From positions 62,001 to 126,000 of the forward strand of contig NIVC01001510.1 of assembly GCA_002269645.1 (NCBI GenBank): 64,000 nucleotides of DNA. Direction: 5' to 3'. Every line of letters begins with the position of its first letter. Position 1 is the stretch's first letter. Made by a program: the position numbers and the translations under genes. Shown here in pieces: positions 48,514 to 60,770 of the stretch. The DNA is from Macrostomum lignano (taxonomy: Eukaryota). The notes below the pieces were generated by a model. It worked only from the letters and a program-made list of their open reading frames with translations, made no database searches and was not told where the DNA came from.

Positions 48514-50705
48514 GGCTTGCTGACTGGCTGGCTGGATAAGAATTTCGATGGGTCAGGGCTGCACCTGGCAGTTTGGACTTAGACAGGGCTGAGGGGAGGA
48601 AGAGTGAAGAGAACTAATCAGTTTTATAATTTTTTTATACAAAAAACTTAATTATTGTCTCACATCCAGTCAGCTTATATGCCTTTTTATTTCAATTAAT
48701 GTTTAAAAGTTAAACTACACAATGCTTGACTCATTTTAGAGCAATTACTAAAAATTTAAATAAATTACTTACATAAAAATAAATCAGTAAAACATTATCC
48801 TAATTACTCTTTAATATCTTAGTAATAAGTTTGGTCATCAAGAAAGATATTATCCTTTTTGAAGTATAATTTTAGGGGTGAAAAAAGCATGTTTGTAATA
48901 TTTATTCAAAAAATAAAATGCCCTAGGCCTAGCCTCTTTAGGAAATTTTGTAAACAAAAAAAATTACCTAATATATATCTTTTAACTAATAAACTATATG
49001 TATAGATATTTTTAAAGCTATTTCTTAAACAAGCCTTCGATCTAAATTTATTTTAAATAAAATAGAAAAAATAATTTTCATTTATTTAGGCATAGCATAA
49101 AAATATAAATTAGGCCTAATATATATGCCCTATGGTGGGCCCAAGATTTTTAAAGTAGTAGAAAGGAGGCAGATTGGCCCAACTTTTTGGGTTGGCCTAA
49201 AAAGATCAAAATTAGAATACCCCCCTTATATGCAAGTTCAACCATGGAAAAGAGGGGGTATTGCCTTTTCTGTCTCTTCCCATATAATCATAATTGCTTA
49301 ATACAATAGTATTAGAATCAGATACTGATGATAATATTACATTTTTAAAAAGTAAAAAATCATATTTACTTACATATTGCTTTAAGCATATAAATGGCAA
49401 ATATATGCTTTGTAAAAAAGCTATTTAATTTAGTCTCTATTCTTTTATTCAACACTTTTTGCTTAAAGTATGCCTAGCTCTAGAGATTTAATATATTTTA
49501 CAATATATAGAGACAATAATATAGAAATTAAATCTACTAATAAAATTTGTATACATTTAATAATTAATCTCTTATACTAAAGCTATCTTAAATCTATTCT
49601 TTGCTAAGCCTAGCCTAAAATTGCTTCTTATTATCATTAATAAATTAATCAACCTTAAAATGAAAACTTTTATTCTATATAGCATGGCTTTGAATTTTAT
49701 AAGCTAAAAATAAAATTAGTTCTAAATTAGTCCTAAAAATATTTGGGCCTAAATGGCTAAATATAGCCATAAGCCTAAATATAAGTTTATAAAAAACATC
49801 AAAGCTGATTAATCATTGTAAACAATGATTTAGTAATAGATACATTTTTTACAAAGTCTAATAATGAAACTAAATAAATATAAAACCTAAAGAAAAATAA
49901 AGGAAGTTAAATGTATATAAATGACAAAATAGTAAGGTATAGTATTATAACATACTGATACTACATATATACAGACAAGAGTTAGAGGTATTGTGGCCTT
50001 GTGGGGAAAAATAATCAAATACTACAAAAGTAGCCAGTACTGAAAAAGTAGTTACTAAGATATTAAGTTGCATAGGGTAAAATACCAAATACATTTAATG
50101 GAGTACTCTACATGTGATGTATGCCTCTGCCCTCTGTTATAAAATCGTTAAACACAAACAACTCAAATATACTGGATAGGTCTAAAGCGATTAAGGTATG
50201 AAAAGAGAAAAGGATTGCTGAAAATTAAGATTCCTGCAGTGTAGGTAATGAAATAAGGAGGGACAGAGTAAGGAATAGAATGGTGCTGGCCAGGGCATAA
50301 TGCCTAATCAGTAGTAATCTAATGTAATGTAGCGGATAGATGGCCGCGGGAGAAAAACAGTCTATTTGTTCGAAGTCAAATGTGCTTGCTTAATTTAAAG
50401 CAACCTAACAAAATATACGGCATTGCCGCAATACGTACGTAATAAATAAAAGTACTCCTAAAGCAAGCCTTAAAGCGTTGCTGTACAATAGAGGAAAATC
50501 TACTTTAGCTGCTTTATTTATAATTATTTGGTCGTATACAGCATAAAAAGATTTGTATGCAAATTATGCAAAGATTCGTTGAAATTCGTTTTAATTTCAA
50601 CGAATTAAAATCTATAGAGATGGACAATGTTTCGAAAATATAGCGTGCTTTAAAATAAAAAAAACAAAACTATGGTTTTTCATTTGAGAAACGATTTTAC
50701 GAGCT

Positions 50706-50909
50706 AAACGAGAGCGACTATCATTAGTCTTCGGTCTTAAACAAATTCTGATCACGGTGCCGGCCTCTTCAATGGCAGTCAGCAACAGGCAACAAAAGAT
50801 GCCGGGTGATTGCCGGACTGAACGTGCTGCGATCATGAACGAGCCGACTGCTGCCGCACTGGCTTACGGTCTGTTTAAGACCAAAGACTAATGATAGTCG
50901 CTTTCGTTT
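50706..50909. repeat. 38-bp inverted repeat pair (50706-50743 and 50872-50909, 2 mismatches) enclosing the HSP70 fragment
   Basis: The left arm is aaacgagagcgactatcattagtcttcggtcttaaaca. The reverse complement of the right arm is aaacgaaagcgactatcattagtctttggtcttaaaca. Confidence 0.92.
50751..50873 (+). pseudogene. HSP70: HSP70 gene fragment (ATPase domain) with three 1-nt deletions, flanked by 38-bp inverted repeats
   Basis: atc acg gtg ccg gcc t(-)c ttc aat ggc agt cag caa cag gca aca aaa gat gcc ggg (-)tg att gcc gga ctg aac gtg ctg cg(-) atc atg aac gag ccg act gct gcc gca ctg gct tac ggt ctg translates to [42 protein letters not shown]. This matches the canonical HSP70 segment [42 protein letters not shown]. 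Confidence 0.92.
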
Positions 50910-51729
50910 TTTAACAGGGATGATTGACACTGAAAATGTTTGCGCGCTCACTAATTAATCTATTTGACCATGTAATCCCTCTTTCACCAAAAAGAAAAGA
51001 CAAAAGAGCAAATACGAACTGGTAATTGGTAGTATAAAAGGATAAGATGAGAAACACTAATATACTTTTTTAAGTTTAAAAATTTATATTTTTTAAAGAA
51101 AGAGAAAGTACATGTACATAAACTACTCGGAATATGCTTGAACAACAAACGAAAAAGCATAAAGACAGGCTTGGTTACACAAAGTCAAGCCGATAAAGTG
51201 ATTTATGTCAATGCACATGCGGTAGTATTTTTTATTAGATTCTTCTGACAGATGCTGACCTGTTAGCTTACCTAAAATGCGCTGCAATTATTATAAGCCT
51301 ATTAAAATTAGTCTAGGCATAACAATTAATAAACAAAAACACAGAAATAGCAAAATAGCCTGACAAACTTTGAGCACGTGCGAAAAAATCAAAACAAAAA
51401 ATAACAGAAAATGCAACCTTTATTAATGCAGAAGAAGTTTTAAGCTCTGCAAGCGAGAGATCAGTATTAGCCATACGGATGAAACGCATTTTAAAAGACT
51501 AAATAGTAAAACATGCGATTGATAAAATAATCTTTATTATCTGCGTACTTATTACTCGTAGTATTTCCTACATATGATTCATAGAATAGACAAAAGGAAG
51601 ACTAACAAATTAATTTTATATAAATACGTAATTAGCACTCATTCTGCATCTGCAGTCATAAAACTTTTTTTGATTTTCGTATTCGGATATTTGCAAACAT
51701 TCGGAATTGTTATATAGCGTCTCTAAACG

Positions 51730-54700
51730 CTACTCCTGGCTGGACTCGGCCAAGTCAGACTCGGCAGCTTCGAGCAGCTCGGACAGCGAGTCGCGCAGGC
51801 CCTCCGGACTGCAGGCGCTGTTGCTAGGGGAGCCAGCGATGCGGATTAGGCGGCTAAGCCGGATCAGCTGATCTACAGATGCCGGCGAATATGAGGCCGC
51901 GTTCGGGTGGCAGATGCAGCGGAAGGGCCGCTGCCAGGACTCCAGGCAGAGGGCGCGGGCCTGCGGACACGGGTTGGTTGGTGCGCGGCTGTTCGGCAAG
52001 AGTTCGAATTTTACTCGTATGTTTCAGGGCTTATGCACTTCGCCTCTTATGCGATTCTCGAGGGGAGACGGGCGTCAAAGGCGATTCTCAAGGGGGAGAC
52101 GGGCATCAAGGCGATTCTCAAGGGGGAGACGGGCGTCAAAGGCGATTATCAAGGGGGAGACGGGCGTCAAAGGCGATTTTCAAGGGGGAGACGGGCGTCA
52201 AAGGCGATTCTCAAGGCACTGTGAGTGTCAAAGGCGATTCTCAAGGCACTGTGAGTGTCAGAGGCGATTCTCAAGGCACTGTGAGTGTCAGAGGCGATTC
52301 TCAAGGCACTGTGAGTGTCAGAGGCGATTCTCAAGGTGGCATGCATGTCAAACTAAGTATTCGTACAAAAGATAAGGAGCAAATGAGACAAGTAGGCAAG
52401 CCAGAGAGCGCCAGGTAATAAAAAAGCAGACAGACGCAGACAGCTCAGCTCACGTGCTCGGGGAAGCGGCGGCCGTGCCAAGGCAGCAGATTGTGACAGG
52501 GGAACTGAAACGGCGGCAGGCAGCAGATGTCGTCCATTCGGCACAGGGTGAAATAGGCCGGCCCGGCCGGGCAGCAGAGATTGGCCAGGTCGGCTGCGGA
52601 CAGGGAGCGCAGAGCGGCCAGGGCTCTGGCGCAGTCGCGCGGCCGATCAAAGCGCAGAACGCAATAGCCGAGATTGTTAGCGCCATTGGCCAAACTGGCT
52701 GGCGCAGTTGGAGCGAAAACGCTGCGAATCTGCAAGTTGAGGGAGAGAGCATGCGGGGAGCACGGCAATCGACTGGTTAGAGTTTAGGAATTGGGGTTAA
52801 AGATGGGGTTTAGGATAAGGTTTAGGATGGGGTTTAGGTAAGGTTTAGGATGGGGTTTAGGTAAGGTTTAGGATGGGGTTTAGGTAAGGTTTAGGATGGG
52901 GTTTAGGTAAGGTTTAGGATGGGGTTAGGGTAAGGTTTAGGATGGGGTTTAGGTAAGGTTTAGGATGGGGTTTAGGTAAGGTTAAAGATGGGGTTTAGGA
53001 TAAGGTTTAGGATGGGGTTTAGGTAAGGTTTAGGATGGGGTTTAGGTAAGGTTTAGGATGGCGTTTAGGTAAGGTTTAGGATCGGGTTTAGGTAAGGTTT
53101 AGGATGGCGTTTAGGTAAGGTTTAGGATGGGGTTTAGGAACTGGGGTGGAACTGGGGTTTAAGATGGGGTTTAGGATGAGGTTTAGGATGGGGTTTAGGA
53201 TGGTTTTAAGATGTGGTTTAAGATGGGGTTTGTGATAACGTTTAGGATGGTTCAGGTAGGGTTTAGGATGGGGTTCAGGAACTGGGGTTTAAGATGGGGT
53301 TTAGGATAGAGTTTAGGATAAAGTTTAGGATGGGGTTTCGGATGGGATTTAGGTAGGGTTTAGAAATTGGGTTTGAAGAATTAGGGTTACTTATTGCTTA
53401 ACTACAATAGTGGAGCCATCCAAGGGATGTCAATGGGGTCAGCTGCTCTCCTCTAGAGAAAACTGGGGGGGGGTCATGCGGCAATAAAACAAAACGAAAA
53501 CAAAAGCAGAAAGCATCTCACCAGCGGGAACCGATCCAGAAATCTGGCTGCCACCTCGGCAGTGGCCAATTGGCGGTGCAGATTCCAGGCCAGGATGAAC
53601 TGGCAGCGAGTCGCGCAACCGTCTGGCACGGGGCAGAACGGCGCCAGAGTTGGCCGCAGGTCGGCCAGTCGAGTCGGTTTGCCGCACCATTGGCGAAGGC
53701 GCAGCTCAGACTGGCCGGGCAGCTCCTTGGAAAGGCGGCTGGCGGCGGACTCGGCCACCTTGGCAGACATGGAGACTGGCAGGCGCAGGACGGCCAGCTG
53801 GCAGTTCAAAGAGGCGTGCCCGGCAATGTACAGGTTGTCGGCCACTCGGCTAGGGAAAGCGCGTCGAATAGCCACGGCTAATTCCGTCCGGTCGGCTTCA
53901 GTAGGCAAGCCGGTCAGCTGCCAGCAGCGGAGCGGACGGCTCGGCGGCAGCAGGCGCCACTGCTCCGCGGACCGGTCGAATGTAGTGGCGTCTTCCTCCG
54001 TGCGAGAGCAACTCGAAGTTCTGCTGCTGCTGCTGTTGTTGTTGGCATCGTCAACTTCGCCATTGTTCAGCGCCAGCAGCAGGGCGGCGTTGCCGTGCCG
54101 GTTGACCGGGTGCAGCCGCGATGTCGCCGCAGCCCATGCCGATGTTTTTGCACTCGATGCCGAAGAGAGCCAGGCGGCCGTGACGTGAATTGGCACCAGC
54201 TCTTCGCTTTCCAACATCAGATCCGACAGCAGCCTGCGAATGTTACAGGCCGGTTGGGTAAGTTAGTAATTGGAGGGTTAGAGAAGATAGATAGTCGAAA
54301 TCTTCATCAAATACAGCTATATAGATCTCTATGGGGGTACAAGAGAGACGGTCATGCGGGGGTAGAAGAGACGGTCATGCGGGAGGGGGGGGTAGAAGAG
54401 ACGATCATGCAGGGGGGGGGTAAAAGAGACGGTCATGCGAGGGGTAGGAGAGTCGGTCATGCAGGGGGGGGTAGAAGAGACGGTCATGCGGGAGGGGGGT
54501 AGAAGAGACGGTCATGCAGGGGGGGGGTAGAAGAGACGGTCATGCAGGGGGTAGAAGAGACGGTCATGCAGGGGGGGTAGAAGAGACGGTCATGCAGGGG
54601 GGGGTAGAAGAGACGGTCATGCAGGGGGGGGGGGTAGAAGAGACGGTCATGCAGGGGGGGAGGTAGAAGAGACGGTCAAGCAGGGGGGTAGAAGAGACGG

Positions 54701-57700
54701 TCATGCAGGGGGGGTAGAAGAGACGGTCAAGCAGGGGGGTAGAAGAGACGGTCATGCAGGGGGGGGGGGTAGAAGAGACGGTCATGCAGGGGGGGGGGTA
54801 GAAGAGACGGTCATGCAGGGGGGGGGTAGAAGAGACGGTCATGCAGGGGGGGGGGGTAGAAGAGACGGTCATGCAGGGGGGTAGAAGAGACGGTCAAGCA
54901 GGGGGGTAGAAGAGACGGTCATGCAGGGGAGGTAGAAGAGACGGTCATGCAGGGGGGGGGTAGAAGAGACGGTCATGCAGGGGGGGGGGTAGAAGAGACG
55001 GTCATGCAGGGGGTAGAAGAGACGGTCATGCAGGGGGGGGGTAGAAGAGACGGTCATGCAGGGGGGGGGTAGAAGAGACGGTCATGCGGGGGTAGAAGAG
55101 ACGGTCATGCAGGGGGGGGTAGAAGAGAGGGTTCATACGGCGGTCTCTTACCTGACCGTCTGGATGGGGTCGCCGTCAGCCGGCAGTCGCATTCGCAGCG
55201 TGAAGGCCAGCCAGTCGAACATGCCGCCGGCGGGTGCGGACGGCATGGCGTCCGGATGGCAGGGGCAGGTAAACGGAGCCGGCGAATAGGGCGGCGAGTC
55301 CAGTAGGAAGTCGAGCGGATTTTCGCTGTTCTGATTGGCGTTGATCAGCCAAGGCAGAAGATTGTGGCAGGGAAAGGTGAACATTGGCGGCACGTGGCAG
55401 GTTTCCTGGCGAGGGGGGGGGGGCGAAGAGGGTTGCTTTTGCTAACGATACTACGAGTAGATTAGGCTTACATGTATTATAAAGTCCAAGCCAGTGTGGT
55501 TTCCAGGAATATTATCACTTTAGTGGTGTGGAGCAATATTTTCACTTCAAAAATAGTGATCCACCTAGCAACCGCTACGAGTCAATTACCGAACAAGTAA
55601 CCGTTTCCGGTCAGTGCCAATGACCTACCTAGCAACCGTTTCCGGTCAGTGCCAATGACCTACCTAGCAACCGTTTCCGGTCAGTGCCAATGACCTACCT
55701 AGCAACCGTTTCCGGTCAGTGCCAATGACCTACCTAGCAACCGTTTCCGGTCAGTGCCAATGACCTACCTAGCAACTGTTTCCGGTCAGTGCCAATGACC
55801 TACCTAGCAACCGTTTTCGGTCAGTGCCAATGACCTACCTAGCAACTATTTCCGGTCAATTCTAATGACCCACCTAGCAACCGCTTCCGGTCAATTCTAA
55901 TGACCCACCTAGCAACCGTTTCCGGTCAGTGCCAATGACCTACCTAGCAGCCGTTTCCGGTCAGTGCCAATGACCTACCTAGCAACCGTTTCCGGTCAAT
56001 TCTAATGACCTACCTAGCAACCGTTTCCGGTCAGTGCCAATGACCTACCTAGCAACCGTTTCCGGTCAATTCTAATGATCCACCTAGCAACCGTTTCCGG
56101 TCAATTCTAATGATCCACCTAGCAATCGTTTCCGGTCAATTCTAATGATCCACCTAGCAACCGTTTCCGGTCAATTCTAATGACCAAATTTCCATTAAGC
56201 CTCACCAGCAAAGCGGCATAGCTAACTCGGATGAGTCCGGAGCAGAAAATGGCCATCAGCTGCTGCTGGGTGGCCGATCTCATCCGCTCCATAGCGTGAG
56301 CGCAATCGGCCGGCCGATTAAATCTGGCCACAGCGAAGCCGCAGTTGCGCAGCTGGCCGCTGCTGGCGGGGACTGGCCGGGGACAGTAGAAGCTGCGCGC
56401 CATAGGCAGGAATCGGCGCATTCTGTGCACTATTAAATTGGCGCTTAGATCGCTGGGCAGGTTCCAGATTAGTAGAAACACCTGCGGATTGATTGATTGA
56501 TTTTTAAATTTTATTTATGAATTTACAACACTATAAAATTTCTCATATAGTTACTAGACTAGGAAATTAGACTAGTTTAAAAATATCCCCTCCATATCCC
56601 AACAGCGTAGTTAATACATATAACTTCATATAGCTGCTTAATATCTATCCCAAAGACCAATTCCTCTGTATCATATCTACAACATAACTCAACAATATCC
56701 TGTCTGCACAATTCCACAATAGCTCATCCAAAGAATTCCACAGTATCCTATTTACATACTTTTACAATATAGATTCAACCTGCAACTCAAAAATTCAGTA
56801 AACTCTCTCCTAACCCAAACTTTAACCCACACCTTAACCCAAACCCAAATCAAAACCCTAACCTTAACCCAAACTCTAACCTAAACCCTAAACTCTAACC
56901 TAAACCCAAACTCTAACCCAAACCCAAACCCAAACCTTAACCCAAACCCAAACCTTAACCCAAACCCAAACCCAAACCCAAACCCGAATCCAAACCCAAA
57001 CCTTAACCCAAACCCAAACCTTAACCCAAACCCAAACCCAAACCCAAACCCAAACCCGAACCCAAACCCAAACCTTAACCCAAACCCAAACCCTAACCCA
57101 AACCCAAACCCGAACCCAAACCCAAACCTTAACCCAAACCCAAACCCAAACCCTAACCCAAACCTTAACCCAAACCCAAACCCAAACCCTAACCCAAACC
57201 CAAACCCTAACCCAAACCCGAACCCAAACCCAAACCCACCGGATCGGCAGCCGTCTCCTTTTGCAACAAGACAAAACTGTCGCCAAAGCTATCCGGCATG
57301 CGATTGGCCAGACTACTGGCACCGACACTGTCGGGCAGGACAACACTGGCAGTCACTGGCCGCCGCTCGGAATCCTGCAGGCCCTGCCGTTGGAACATGC
57401 GAACCAGATCGTCAGCCGCTGATTCTATGGAACTGGCCGGCACATCGGGTTTAAAAGTGCATTGTACAGCTTTGCCGCAGTCCGCTGGCCCGGGCGGATA
57501 GAATGAATAGCCGGTGAGAGCCAGGCCGGCCAGCTGGTGCATAGTGAGGTCCGTTAGCTGCACGGGATCGGCGCTACGTCTCAGGCCGGTGATGCGCAGA
57601 TAGGCCTGCTGTATGGAAATGATTGAAACAATTCGTGCTTATGGGTGCTTGACTTTTTAGAGGTTGGAGGCGATTTTCGGAAAGAAGAGTAGAGTAGAGC

Positions 57701-59996
57701 CACAAGGAAGAGATGAAAGCTACGGGAGGGAAGAGACAAAACCTCTCAGGGAAGGAAAAAATGAAACTCAAAGAAGGGGAGAGATGAAACCCCAAGGAGC
57801 GGAGAGATGAAACCCCAAGGTAGGGAGAGATGAAACCCCAAGGAGCGGAGAGATGAAACCCCAAGCAGGGGAGAGATGAAACCCCAAGGATGGGAAGATG
57901 AAACCCCAAGGAGCGGAGAGATGAAACCCCAAGGAGCGGAGAGATGAAACCCCAAGGAGCGGAGAGATGAAACCCCAAGGAGGGGAGAGATGAAACCCCA
58001 AGGATGGGGAGATGAAACCCCAAGGAGGGGAGAGATGAAACGCACAAGGAAGGAGAGGAGATGAAACCCCAAGGAGGGGAGAGATGAAACCCCAAGGAGG
58101 GGAGAGATGAAACCCCAAGAGGCGTAGAGATGAAACCCCAAGGAGCGGAGAGATGAAACCCCAAGGAAAGGAGAGATGAAACCCCAAGGATGGGGAGATG
58201 AAACCCCAAGGAGGGGAGAGATGAAACCCCAAGGAGCGGAGAGATGAAACCCCAAGGAGCGGAGAGATGAAACCCCAAGGAGGGGAGAGATGAAACCCCA
58301 AGGAGGGGAGAGATGAAACCCCAAGGAGCGGAGAGATGAAACCCCAAGGAGCGGAGAGATGAAACCCCAAGGAGGGGAGAGATGAAACCCCAAGGAGGGG
58401 AGAGATGAAACCCCAAGGAGGGGAGAGATGAAACCCCAAGGAGGGGAGAGATGAAACCCCAAGGATGGGGAGATGAAACCCCAAGGATGGGGAGATGAAA
58501 CCCCAAGGAGGGGAGAGATGAAACCCCAAGGAGGGGAGAGATGAAACCCCAAGGAGCGGAGAGATGAAACCCCAAGGAGGGGAGAGATGAAACCCCAAGG
58601 AGCGGAGAGATGAAACCCCAAGGAGGGGAGAGATGAAACCCCAAGGATGGGGAGATGAAACCCCAAGGATGGGGAGATGAAACCCCAAGGAGGGGAGAGA
58701 TGAAACCCCAAGGAGCGGAGAGATGAAACCCCAAGGAGCGGAGAGATGAAACCCCAAGGAGGGGAGAGATGAAACCCCAAGGAGCGGAGAGATGAAACCC
58801 CAAGGAGCGGAGAGATGAAACCCCAAAGAGGGGAGATGAAACCCCAAGGAAGGGGGAGATGAAACCCCAAGGAGCGGAGAGATGAAACCCCAAGGAGCGG
58901 AGAGATGAAACCCCAAGGAGCGGAGAGATGAAACCCCAAGGAGGGGAGAGATGAAACCCCAAGGAGGGGAGAGATGAAACCCCAAGGAGGGGAGAGATGA
59001 AACCCCAAGGAGGGGAGAGATGAAACCCCAAGGAGGGGAGAGATGAAACGCACAAGGAAGGAGAAGAGATGAAACACCAAGGATTAAGGAAGGGAGAGAT
59101 GTAACCCTTAGGAGGGGATGAGACCCAAGGAGGGGAGATGAAACCTTCGGGATGCTTCCGGAGGTTACCTTTCCCGGCTGCACCTGCCATAGAGGTTGAT
59201 TAGCATCTATCGATAGGCGAGGCCGCTTGCTCTCTGACTCGGCCTCGCCGACAGGTTCTGGCGCAAAAGCTTCGTCATTGGCGTCGCCAATGTTGTCGTC
59301 AATAGGGCGCCGCCGTCGCTGCCCATTCAGCCGACTGTCTAATCGAAGCGCGGCCGACACCGGCACTGGCCACAGGTTGTGAGTTCGAGCCCCGGCATTG
59401 GCTAGCCGGCTAGTCAGCTTAGCCCGATCGGTGCCCGGCTTCAGCAGAGCCAGCGCGGTGGCCGGCGCTTCAACAGCAGCTTCGTCGCTCATGGCGTCCG
59501 CTGGCGCGTCGGTTAACTGCGTAGGCGCCGGCAGTGGCGCAAAATCAACAAGCTGATCGGCTGGCCAACAGTCTTCGCCTAGTCGCATAGCGTCCGGATC
59601 GTTCCATTCGGCCAGCATCAGGCTGACATCCGACAGGGCTTCGGCCGGCTGCTGCTGATTGTCACCAATGCTGAAATAGAGCGGACAGGCGCCCGGTCCG
59701 AGCTGGTGTAGCACAGCCGGCCACTGGTCTGTTGGCACGGCATCGAATAGCAGTACCGTGCGATCGCCCAGGCTGGCCGAGTACCTCACGTACTGCCTAT
59801 GATTGGCATCGGAGGCAACTGCCTTGCTACTCTTGGCATCCGGGATATCGGGAGGAAGCAGCACGAAATCAGATAGGAGTAGCAGCTGTTCAGAGTCGCT
59901 ACTGCTATTGCTGTTGGAGTCCACAGTTGGAGCAGGCTGGGCTTGAGTGCTATCCGACTCATCCGCCTTCTTATTGTTATTGCTGTCGGCCAGCAT
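51730..59996 (-). CDS. ~981-aa, 7-exon protein with two tandem [RRM-like, RRM-like, Cys/His motif] modules; unknown function
   Basis: Exons (minus) 59996-59169, 57608-57240, 56481-56206, 55405-55152, 54233-53522, 52729-52454, 51960-51730, all GT..AG and phase-compatible (2946 nt). RNP2/RNP1-like pairs: FLLIWNLP...[10 protein letters not shown] and FILAWNL...[10 protein letters not shown]. Each is followed by [17 protein letters not shown]...PFxCxCHP. Confidence 0.85.
52060..52335. repeat. Intronic 30-31-nt minisatellite with two unit types (aaggcgattctcaagg + gggagacgggcgtca or cactgtgagtgtcag)
   Basis: Directly visible. Confidence 0.9.
52790..53390. repeat. Intronic telomere-like degenerate repeat (ggtttaggatgg / ggtttaggtaa), G-rich on + strand
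   Basis: Directly visible. Confidence 0.9.
54340..55130. repeat. Intronic minisatellite tagaagagacggtcatgca + variable G-run (5-11 G)
   Basis: Directly visible. Confidence 0.95.
55600..56185. repeat. Intronic 35-nt minisatellite (agcaaccgtttccggtcagtgccaatgacctacct)
   Basis: Directly visible; no spacers. Confidence 0.95.
56810..57238. repeat. Intronic telomere-like hexamer tract (aaccca/aaccct/aacctt), C-rich on + strand
   Basis: Directly visible. It begins at the splice donor (GTGGGT TTGGGT... on the minus strand). Confidence 0.92.
57770..59150. repeat. Intronic 22-23-nt minisatellite (ggagagatgaaaccccaaggagc)
   Basis: Directly visible. It explains the 538-aa and 444-aa ORFs and the false C-terminal extension of the 742-aa ORF. 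Confidence 0.96.
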
Positions 59997-60234
59997 TAGG
60001 GTCCGATTGATATTTTGTTATATTAAATCTCTGTATTCGAAAGTTTGTCAGCGAAGGAGGGCCACTGTCTGTCGCTATGCGATCTTTGAGCTGGAATAGA
60101 CGGTCAGCATGATATCAAGCACCCAGCTCAACTCGAAACTTGTATCGTCAAAGGTCATACACACGGCTAGGCTATTGCAATTTTATGCCTCTGAGAAATT
60201 TCCAGCTCAAAATTTTGTTTCGTGTAGCTTCAAC

Positions 60235-60770
60235 AATGTGCAGATTATATTGTATGGGGAATCTACATTATAATGTTCAGATTATATCGTATGGGGAATC
60301 TACATTATAATGTGCAGATTCCGTGTGGAGTCTATACGAGCGTAATGTGCAGTTTCTATAATGTGCAGATTCTATCGTGTACAGATTCCACAATGTACAG
60401 ATTCTATAATGTTCGGATTCCAAGATATAATGTGCAGGTTCTACACAACGACAACTGAATTATACGATACTCGAGTGTTGCGTCCTACCACTTAAGTTGT
60501 CCTTGGTTCTACAATGTGAGATTATATTTTATATAATATTCAGATTCTACAATGTGCAGATTCTATAATATTCAGATGCTAAAATTTGCAGACTATATAA
60601 TATTCGGATTCTACAATGATCACATTCTATAATGGTCAGATTCCAAGATACAATGTGCAGATTCTATAATGGTCAGATTCCAAGATACAATGTGCAGATT
60701 CTATAATGGTCAGATTCCAAGATACAATGTGCAGATTCTATAATGGTCAGATTCCAAGATACAATGTGCA
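60235..60770. repeat. Degenerate tandem repeat (cagattctataatg / cagattccaagatacaatgtg)
   Basis: Directly visible. Confidence 0.8.

Noticed and set aside
55600-56185. 35-nt repeats of CRISPR-like length (also the 28-39-nt arrays elsewhere)
   Set aside because: The units are head-to-tail with no unique spacers, there are no cas genes, and they lie in introns of a eukaryotic gene.
52790-57238. True telomere or chromosome-fusion site
   Set aside because: The tracts are short, degenerate and inside introns of an intact gene, with few perfect TTAGGG runs.
51961-59168. Introner-type transposon origin of the introns
   Set aside because: No shared sequence, TIRs or convincing TSDs among the introns; only a proto-splice-like g|gtg at one of them.
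57574-59190. 538-aa, 444-aa and the C-terminal part of the 742-aa ORFs
   Set aside because: These are translations of a 22-23-nt minisatellite. The real exon ends at the donor at 59169.
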